IMG/VR virus record: IMGVR_UViG_3300031992_000029 | Location: 1 to 64,000 of that record | Source: a virus | Taxonomy: Duplodnaviria > Caudoviricetes | DNA length: 64,000 nt | Reading direction: 5' to 3' (one strand) | Part shown: positions 1-6,559 of the stretch, piece by piece | Numbering within the stretch: the stretch's first letter is position 1 | Layout: the number at the start of each line of letters is the position of its first letter | Program-made: the position numbers and the translations under genes | The notes under the pieces: model-generated | What the model saw: only the letters and a program-made list of their open reading frames with translations | Database searches by the model: none | What the model was told of the DNA's origin: nothing

Positions 1-221
1 CCTGGAGGCCAGGGAGGAGGCCAGGCCAGGGGAGAGGCCAGGAGGAGGCCAGGAGGCTCCTGGAGGCCAGGGAGGAGGCCAGGCCAGGGGAGAGGCCAGG
101 AGGAGGCCAGGAGGCTCCTGGAGACCAGGGAGGAGGCCAGGCCAGGGGAGAGGCCAGGAGGAGGCCAGGAGGCTCCTGGAGGCCAGGGAGGAGGCCAGGC
201 CAGGGGAGAGGCCAGGAGGCC
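1..221. repeat. 58-bp purine-rich tandem repeat, ~3.8 copies (may extend beyond window start)
   Basis: Unit CCTGGAGGCCAGGGAGGAGGCCAGGCCAGGGGAGAGGCCAGGAGGAGGCCAGGAGGCT at 1-58, 59-116, 117-174 (one G>A change), partial from 175. Confidence 0.95.
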
Positions 222-311
222 AACGATCCACCAGGCCGGGGAGCTCCTCTCCCCTGGAAGCTTGCCGGAGCTAGTGCGCAGCTTTCCAAATGCGCAGCAT
301 TTCGGAAGCGC

Positions 312-345
312 AAAAAAAGAGGAGGCCAGGAACGGCCTCCCCTCT
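312..345 (-). terminator. Intrinsic terminator after the minus-strand genes
   Basis: GGAGGCC/GGCCTCC stem with A7 on its left (U7 on minus strand), just past the stop of 364..579. Confidence 0.75.
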
Positions 346-363
346 CCGGGTCTCTATTCTGTT

Positions 364-579
364 TTAATCGCTGTATTCGCTATCTAATGGCTCCTCTAAA
401 TAGCTGTGGAAAGTAACTCCCTCCCGGGTAACATCCGCCAGGCAAGCTTCTCCAAATGCTTCCAGTGTAAAGTCTCTAAAAGCTCCTCCATCACTTAACT
501 TTTCAACCTCTCCAGGAGGGAGCTCCAGTCCATAAACTTTTGCTATCTCCAGGAACAAATCTCCGACCGAAAATATCAT
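364..579 (-). CDS. Small acidic hypothetical protein
   Basis: 71 aa ORF, strong RBS (GAGGAGGAG) on minus strand, follows the 694-aa gene. Confidence 0.7.
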   Translation of the reverse strand: MIFSVGDLFLEIAKVYGLELPPGEVEKLSDGGAFRDFTLEAFGEACLADVTREGVTFHSYLEEPLDSEYSD

Positions 580-597
580 TATTTTTCTCCTCCTCTC

Positions 598-2682
598 TTA
601 CTGAAAATGTCTCTCCAGGAGCCTATCCAACATAGCTCCTACTCCCTCCCAGGTCTCCAGGTGGTACTGTCTCCAGGTCTCTTCTACAACGGCCTCCGTT
701 ACGGCCTCCGTCTGTTCTTCTCCAAGGTTAAAATTTACTCTAGTGTAGAGGATTGCTTTCCAGGGGGCGAACCCGTCTCTGACCATGCTTACAGCGATAT
801 TTTGATATGTCTTATCGTAGGTCTCCAGGGAGTACTTTTTAAAGGGGCTCTTCCAAGTGTGAATATAGCCATACTCCTCCAGGTTTTCTTTCATGGTCTC
901 CAGGTCTCTCCTGGCCTCTTTCTCTTCTCTCCTCCGGGCCTCTTCTCTCCTCCTCTTAAAATTGAGTGCTACCTCCTCCCGGAGCTCTTTCTTAGTCTTA
1001 AACTCTCCTATCCTGGAAAGAGCCTCCTCCGAAAAGATACCACTTGCCAGGGCTTTCTTCTCCATCTGTTGAAAGCTCTTTTTTACGGAGTTTTTGCTTT
1101 TCAGTCCCTGGGCTGTTGTAATGGCCTCCAGGCCATATCCCCGGAGTGCATAATTCAATCTGACGGCCTGGGGCTTTGTAAGGTTGAGAGCTTCAATCAT
1201 GCTATCTATTTTCTCCAGGTCGTACGCACTAGCGGAGGCCGTAACGACTGTCTTGCCGTTACCGTGAACGTCTACCATGGAGGCCAACTGGCTATTCTTT
1301 TTCAGTCTCTTATATACTGTCTCCTCCTCTCCAGTCTCTTCATCCGTGACCATTTCGGAAATGTACATATATTTACACTCCGGGTCCACTTTCAGTGAAC
1401 GATTGTTACCAGTCTCATGCCTTACAGACCTATAAGCGATTGAAATAGGGGCTTTCTCCTCTTCTTTCCAAACTGGGTCATCCTGAATTAACACTCTCTT
1501 ATTAAGTCTCCTCCGGGTCTCCTCTCTCTCCAGGTCTACGGTGTTACCATTGTCTAGCTGTGATTTACTTTCTTCCAAAAGAGTGGTGAACGCTTCCATG
1601 ACTAAATCATATCCATCCCTTACCGTATCAGCATAGCCTATCCTATCATTAGGCTTTACGGCCTCCCCATCTTCATTGTAAATCATGGCCGTTTCTGTAA
1701 GCTGTCTATGTCTCTGTTCTGTCTGTTCTCTCAATTCTTTATCGATTGCTTTGTACATATTTACAATCTGAGGATTGCACCCGGAAGAGGTAACGGCTTT
1801 CTTGTAATCGGTGGCCTCCTGGGCTTTCTTCTCCGCCGTCTTTTTCTCCGGGTCCGCCATCTTTCTTAATACAGAACGTGCTACAGCAACCGCCAGGCTT
1901 TCCACTGTCTCCCTGGCCTCCTCCGTCTCCAGTTTCTCCAGGAACTCACTCCAGGAGAGAACTCCATGAAACAGAGTGTGGTATTTTTCCATAAGCTCCT
2001 GGAAAGTCCTTTTGTCTTTCTTATATGTCTCTTCCAGGGTCTTATAGCTCCGGGCCTCCTGGCCTCCCCATAATTCGATAGCTCTACCGGGTACAGTTAA
2101 GTGCAAACCCGTTTCCGTCATTTCCACCAGTGCCAGGGCCAGGAGCTGCTTTTCTCTCTCCTTGGCTTTCTCCTCCCTGGAAAGTCTATTCCATGCTTTC
2201 TGTTTCTCTTTCTCCTCCTGGGCTTTCTCCTCCTGGGCTTTCTTCTCCGGGCTCTTCTCCGGGGCTTTCTTCTCCAGGCTCTTCTCCTCCAGGCTCTTGG
2301 AGCTCTTGCCAACGGAGGGGAGGAGAGGGAGGACTAAAGAGCGGTATTCGATAGCAAACATTGACCAGTCAATATCTGAGAGGTGGTCAGCATTTGCGGA
2401 GTACAGCTCCAGGTATCTCTCTACCAGGTTCTTTCTCCCTCCGCAAAGCTCCAGGAGCTTTTTGGCTTTCTTCTCTCTCTCTGTCTCTGTTTTGGCCTGG
2501 GCCAGGTCTCCAACGGCCTGGAAAATGGACTTTACCAAGGAGCCATGCTCTGACAATCTCTTTTCAATGAAAGAGTTTTCTCCAGTGACCTCCAGGGCCG
2601 GAGCATTTCTCCTGGCCTCTCTGTTGAGAGCTTCAATCTCCATGTCCGTGTAAACGTGAGGTGTGTTGTTGATTGCTTTCAT
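598..2682 (-). CDS. Large sigma-70/ECF-like transcription factor (putative)
   Basis: 694 aa, RBS GAAAGGAG; region-2-like DGYDLVMEAFTTLLE and region-4-like HTH LTKPQAVRLNYALRGYGLEAITTAQGLKSKNSVKK; EEK/EKK pentapeptide repeats in N-terminal half. Confidence 0.55.
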   Translation of the reverse strand: MKAINNTPHVYTDMEIEALNREARRNAPALEVTGENSFIEKRLSEHGSLVKSIFQAVGDLAQAKTETEREKKAKKLLELCGGRKNLVERYLELYSANADHLSDIDWSMFAIEYRSLVLPLLPSVGKSSKSLEEKSLEKKAPEKSPEKKAQEEKAQEEKEKQKAWNRLSREEKAKEREKQLLALALVEMTETGLHLTVPGRAIELWGGQEARSYKTLEETYKKDKRTFQELMEKYHTLFHGVLSWSEFLEKLETEEARETVESLAVAVARSVLRKMADPEKKTAEKKAQEATDYKKAVTSSGCNPQIVNMYKAIDKELREQTEQRHRQLTETAMIYNEDGEAVKPNDRIGYADTVRDGYDLVMEAFTTLLEESKSQLDNGNTVDLEREETRRRLNKRVLIQDDPVWKEEEKAPISIAYRSVRHETGNNRSLKVDPECKYMYISEMVTDEETGEEETVYKRLKKNSQLASMVDVHGNGKTVVTASASAYDLEKIDSMIEALNLTKPQAVRLNYALRGYGLEAITTAQGLKSKNSVKKSFQQMEKKALASGIFSEEALSRIGEFKTKKELREEVALNFKRRREEARRREEKEARRDLETMKENLEEYGYIHTWKSPFKKYSLETYDKTYQNIAVSMVRDGFAPWKAILYTRVNFNLGEEQTEAVTEAVVEETWRQYHLETWEGVGAMLDRLLERHFQ

Positions 2683-2845
2683 TTTTGTTCTCCTTTCATG
2701 TTTGAACGTGTATGTAATTGTCCGACGGGGTTCACCGCCAAGTCAAATTTACCATACAATTAGAAACTTTACAAGGTCCAGGTAGTGATCCACCAGGAGG
2801 CCAAATTGAGAATCGCTTTCTCAAATTCAATGTCCGCTTTTCTCC

Positions 2846-2923
2846 CAAACGGACGTTCGACCCAAAAATCGAACGGGTGTTCCCCCTGGTTAGGGTATTC
2901 TAACCGGCCCGAACGCATGTTTG
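2846..2923. promoter_or_regulatory. Three Gram-positive LexA/DinR (Cheo) SOS boxes
   Basis: CAAACGGACGTTCG (2846-2859), CGAACGGGTGTTCC (2870-2883), CGAACGCATGTTTG (2910-2923); fit GAAC-N4-GTTY. Confidence 0.75.
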
Positions 2924-3109
2924 GATCCAAGGCACTTCCCATAACAACACAATCCACATTTTTCATCTCTCCAATCTCACTCCATTTTCCACCAGGAACC
3001 GCCCTGATCATTAAATCCCATAAGCACGGCATTTCCAATATACAACCTGATCCTCTCCTACTTTTGGAAAACTCGTCGCTCCGGTCGTAACCAACCCCTC
3101 ACAAATGAT

Positions 3110-3127
3110 ATGCAACACATGTTGCAT
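3110..3127. promoter_or_regulatory. Palindromic operator-like site
   Basis: ATGCAACA-CA-TGTTGCAT perfect 8-2-8 inverted repeat ~50 bp upstream of a consensus promoter. Confidence 0.5.
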
Positions 3128-3178
3128 TATGGCGTGTAATGTTTATAATTATTTTATAAATTTGGAAGACATTAAAAC

Positions 3179-3207
3179 TTGACATTAAATCTAAAATGTG
3201 GTATAAT
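3179..3207 (+). promoter_or_regulatory. Consensus sigmaA promoter with extended -10
   Basis: TTGACA-17bp-TATAAT with TG at the extended -10 position and AT-rich upstream tract. Confidence 0.85.
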
Positions 3208-3442
3208 ACGTATATACTGAAGAGGAGGCTCTGGCCTCTTCAAATTTACCTTTTGGAATATAAAATTATACTTTACATGAGGTTCTCAACATGCAAGATT
3301 TGACTACTTTTTATGTAACAAAGAAAGCGTACGGACAACGATACTGGTAGCTTTACAGACGGAGTTCGGGTTTCCCTCTCCTCTCTGATAGTCTTTTAAG
3401 GACGATGCCAGTTTTTGGCTTAAATACGCCATTCTTTTTTTG

Positions 3443-3485
3443 ATTTAGAACCTGGTAGGTTCTAAATGGTTCTAAGAGGTTCTAA
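3443..3485. repeat. Inverted plus 10-bp-phased direct repeats upstream of the recombinase
   Basis: ATTTAGAACCT-GGT-AGGTTCTAAAT; GGTTCTAA at 3458, 3468, 3478. Confidence 0.8.
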
Positions 3486-3532
3486 AACGGGTTTTTCAGC
3501 CCCCAAATTTTAACGAATGAAAGGATGTAAAA

Positions 3533-4330
3533 ATGACCACATTTGACTTCTCTACCAGAAAGCAGGTAATTGATATGCACGTTCTTCGCGAGTCTTCCAG
3601 AAAGCTGGCTCAGGGTCTCATCTCTCCGGCTACTGAACAGACAACCTGCGAACTTGCACCGGAACATGCAGCCGAACCTATTAAGAGCATGGACGATATT
3701 CTTCGTATCTCTTCTTATCTTAAGGAAGAGGAACGCTACAGAGATAACATGCTTTTCATAGTCGGAATCAATTTCGGACTTAGGGCAAGCGACCTGAGGA
3801 TGCTTCGGTTTTCTAATTTAATAAATGATAACTGCACTTTCAGAGATAGCTTCCCGGTCTTTGAGAAGAAGACACGTAATACCAGAAAGAGAAAGACCAA
3901 CCGGTTTATTACTATTAATAATGCAGTAGTAGATGCAGTCACTCTTTATCTGGAAAATACCCCCGGTACGTGTCTGAGTGACTATATGTTCAGGAGCGAG
4001 TCTAATAATGGAAGTAACAAGAATGAACCTCTGTCTGTTAAATCCATTGACCGTCTCCTGAAAGGTATAGCCGCTGATCTTGATCTGAATGTAAAGATGA
4101 GTACTCATACCCTCAGAAAGACATTCGGATATTGGACAATGGTGCAGGGCGGGAACGACCATCGTCGTCTTCTCCTGCTCCAGAAGATCTTTAACCATTC
4201 TTCTCCGATGCAGACTCTCACTTATATCGGTGTAACTTCTGACGAAATCGAATCCGTATATAAGAATCTGAATCTCGGCATTAGCATGGTTGACAGCAAG
4301 ATCGTAGAATATGTTTCTACGGCGAGTTAA
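3533..4330 (+). CDS. Tyrosine recombinase/integrase-family protein (catalytic domain only)
   Basis: GLRASDL (R), THTLRKT (HxxR), NHSS (H), TLTYIG (Y); RBS GAAAGGA. Confidence 0.9.
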   Translation: MTTFDFSTRKQVIDMHVLRESSRKLAQGLISPATEQTTCELAPEHAAEPIKSMDDILRISSYLKEEERYRDNMLFIVGINFGLRASDLRMLRFSNLINDNCTFRDSFPVFEKKTRNTRKRKTNRFITINNAVVDAVTLYLENTPGTCLSDYMFRSESNNGSNKNEPLSVKSIDRLLKGIAADLDLNVKMSTHTLRKTFGYWTMVQGGNDHRRLLLLQKIFNHSSPMQTLTYIGVTSDEIESVYKNLNLGISMVDSKIVEYVSTAS

Positions 4331-4422
4331 GAAATGATTAAAACGAAAGGAATTCTTTAAAGAATCAATCAATAATAAAAAGGTTTTGATTATTTCTTTA
4401 TTGGAATTAATGGTAATTAATA

Positions 4423-5685
4423 TTGATTTATGTTTGTGATGCCATAATGGGGAATGGCAAGTCGCAATCTGCCATCTCATATATGAATGAGCACAGCGAC
4501 CAGAAGTTCATTTACATCACGCCATACCTTGACGAGGCCGCTCGTATCAAGGCCAGTTGTCCGGCCCTCAATTTCGTCGAGCCACAGCAGACGCGCAGGT
4601 ATGGGTTCAGCAAGCTGACTCACACACATGCGCTCATTGAACGCGGCGAGAACATTACTACCACTCACCAGGCATTTAAGAATTATAGCGAAGCTACACT
4701 TAATGCTATACGTGAGCATCAGTATACTCTGATTATTGATGAGAATGTCGATGTGCTGGAAGTGTGTGATATTCATGAAGATGATATAAGGATTGCTGTT
4801 GAAGCCGGGTATGTAAAATTTGAAGACAGCAGATATGAGCTTATACGTGATGACTATAACGGGAATGCGTTTCGTGAAATGTTCTGGTTTATGCGTTCCA
4901 GACAGATTATGCGCATTGATACAGAAGAGGGCGGGCAGAAATGCAGTCTATACTATTGGGCTCTTCCGCCCGACCTCATCACATCATTTAAAGATGTAAT
5001 CATACTGACATATCTGTTTGAAGGTCAGAGTCTCCACAGCTTCTTGAAGATGTATGACCTGCCTTATGAAAATATAGGGATTAAGAGAATGCCAGGGGGT
5101 GGTTACAGTTTCTCAAAAGATGAGCTGTATACACCTGACTACGTACAGCATATACGGGACATGGTAAAAATAGTCGATCAGCCAAGGCTTAACTCTATTG
5201 GAGATGACTACACTGCTCTGTCAAAGAATTGGTTTGGAGCACACGCAGATGAAGCTGTGCCGCAACTGAAAAAGAATATCGACAATTTGTTTAAGAATAT
5301 CTGGAAAGATTCCGAAGCCGAAGAAAGAATGTGGGCGACGTATAAGACGCAAAAGGATTCTTTAAAGGGCAAAGGGTATACGAATGGATTTGTCGTACTG
5401 AATTTAAAAGCATCAAATAATTATAGGAATAAGAGATATCTTGTTTACGCTTGCAACTTATTCATGAACGTAAACGAGAAAATGTTTTACACAAAGAACG
5501 GTATAACCGTTGACGAGGATAAATATGCACTATCAATAATGGTTCAATGGATTTGGCGTAGCGCAATCAGAGATGGAGAAGAGATTTATATATATTTGCC
5601 TAGTAGCAGGATGCGTAAAATCCTAAACGATTGGATGGATAGTCTGACGGAAGGAGGGAGCGCTGATGGAGTACAGGCGTTGTGA
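4423..5685 (+). CDS. SF2 helicase-like/P-loop ATPase
   Basis: Walker A DAIMGNGKS, Walker B LIIDE, TTTHQ, motif VI-like QWIWRSAIR. Confidence 0.7.
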   Translation: MIYVCDAIMGNGKSQSAISYMNEHSDQKFIYITPYLDEAARIKASCPALNFVEPQQTRRYGFSKLTHTHALIERGENITTTHQAFKNYSEATLNAIREHQYTLIIDENVDVLEVCDIHEDDIRIAVEAGYVKFEDSRYELIRDDYNGNAFREMFWFMRSRQIMRIDTEEGGQKCSLYYWALPPDLITSFKDVIILTYLFEGQSLHSFLKMYDLPYENIGIKRMPGGGYSFSKDELYTPDYVQHIRDMVKIVDQPRLNSIGDDYTALSKNWFGAHADEAVPQLKKNIDNLFKNIWKDSEAEERMWATYKTQKDSLKGKGYTNGFVVLNLKASNNYRNKRYLVYACNLFMNVNEKMFYTKNGITVDEDKYALSIMVQWIWRSAIRDGEEIYIYLPSSRMRKILNDWMDSLTEGGSADGVQAL

Positions 5686-5854
5686 GAATTGCATCTTCTT
5701 CGATATCTGTAAAGAAACAGAGGTATGCGAAGATTTCGCTCCGTGTGGTGACGAAGTAGTCGATACATATATACAGGAAGAGATCATTGATGCTGGACGG
5801 TTGCAGTTCTATTCAGAATGGAACGCATACGTCTCACAGTATAATGATTTTTAA
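5666..5854 (+). CDS. Small Cys-rich hypothetical protein
   Basis: 62 aa, CxxC-x4-C-x5-C, RBS GGAGGG. Confidence 0.65.
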   Translation: MEYRRCENCIFFDICKETEVCEDFAPCGDEVVDTYIQEEIIDAGRLQFYSEWNAYVSQYNDF

Positions 5855-5899
5855 TTTGCATATCATTATAATTTTAAACATTACATAAGGAGTTTTTTA

Positions 5900-6547
5900 T
5901 TGAAGGTATTAGAACTGTTTGCAGGAACTCGTTCCATTGGAAGGGCTTTTGAGGAGGCTGGTCATGAGGTTTTCTCGGTAGACTGGGACAGACATTTCGA
6001 CGGAATAGATTTGTACACAGACATAGGAACGCTTGAGGCTTCCACAATCCTTGAGCTGTTTGGTCAGCCAGATGTTATATGGGCAAGCCCTGATTGCACC
6101 AGCTTTTCTGTTGCTGCTATAAGCAGGCATAGAGTCAAGAATAAAGAGACGGGAAATCTTGATCCAGTAAGCGACTATGCAAAGTTCTGTGATTTAGTAG
6201 ACCAGCACATGATTCAACTAATCAAAGAACTTTCGCCGAAATTCTTTTTCATAGAGAACCCACGGGGGGGGCTGAGGAAGATGACGTTTATGCAGGGCAT
6301 TCCAAGATATACGGTAACGTATTGCAAATACGGAGACATAAGGATGAAACCGACAGACATTTGGACAAATCATCCAGACCCGAAATTCATACCACCATGC
6401 AAGAACGGCGACCCGTGTCACATAAGAGCGCCAAGAGGAGCCAAGACAGGAACTCAGGGGTTAAAGAACGCAATAGAAAAGGGAGTTATACCTCCTCTTC
6501 TATGCAAGCATATCGTAGAGATATGTGAAGAATATATAGATTGGTAA
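5900..6547 (+). CDS. Short C5-cytosine DNA methyltransferase-like protein
   Basis: Motif I LELFAG, motif IV ASPDC, motif VI IENP; RBS AAGGAG, TTG start. Confidence 0.8.
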   Translation: MKVLELFAGTRSIGRAFEEAGHEVFSVDWDRHFDGIDLYTDIGTLEASTILELFGQPDVIWASPDCTSFSVAAISRHRVKNKETGNLDPVSDYAKFCDLVDQHMIQLIKELSPKFFFIENPRGGLRKMTFMQGIPRYTVTYCKYGDIRMKPTDIWTNHPDPKFIPPCKNGDPCHIRAPRGAKTGTQGLKNAIEKGVIPPLLCKHIVEICEEYIDW

Positions 6548-6559
6548 CATCAATGTGAG

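Noticed and set aside
1-221. CRISPR array
   Set aside because: Units are contiguous with no unique spacers; no cas genes
607-2653. Several plus-strand ORFs opposite the 694-aa gene
   Set aside because: Low-complexity L/S/F/P translations caused by the restricted k-mer vocabulary; no RBS
2718-3090. Short ORFs in the divergent intergenic region
   Set aside because: No convincing RBS; they overlap the SOS boxes
3447-3463. SOS box in the inverted repeat before the recombinase
   Set aside because: GAAC and GTTC are not spaced by 4 bp
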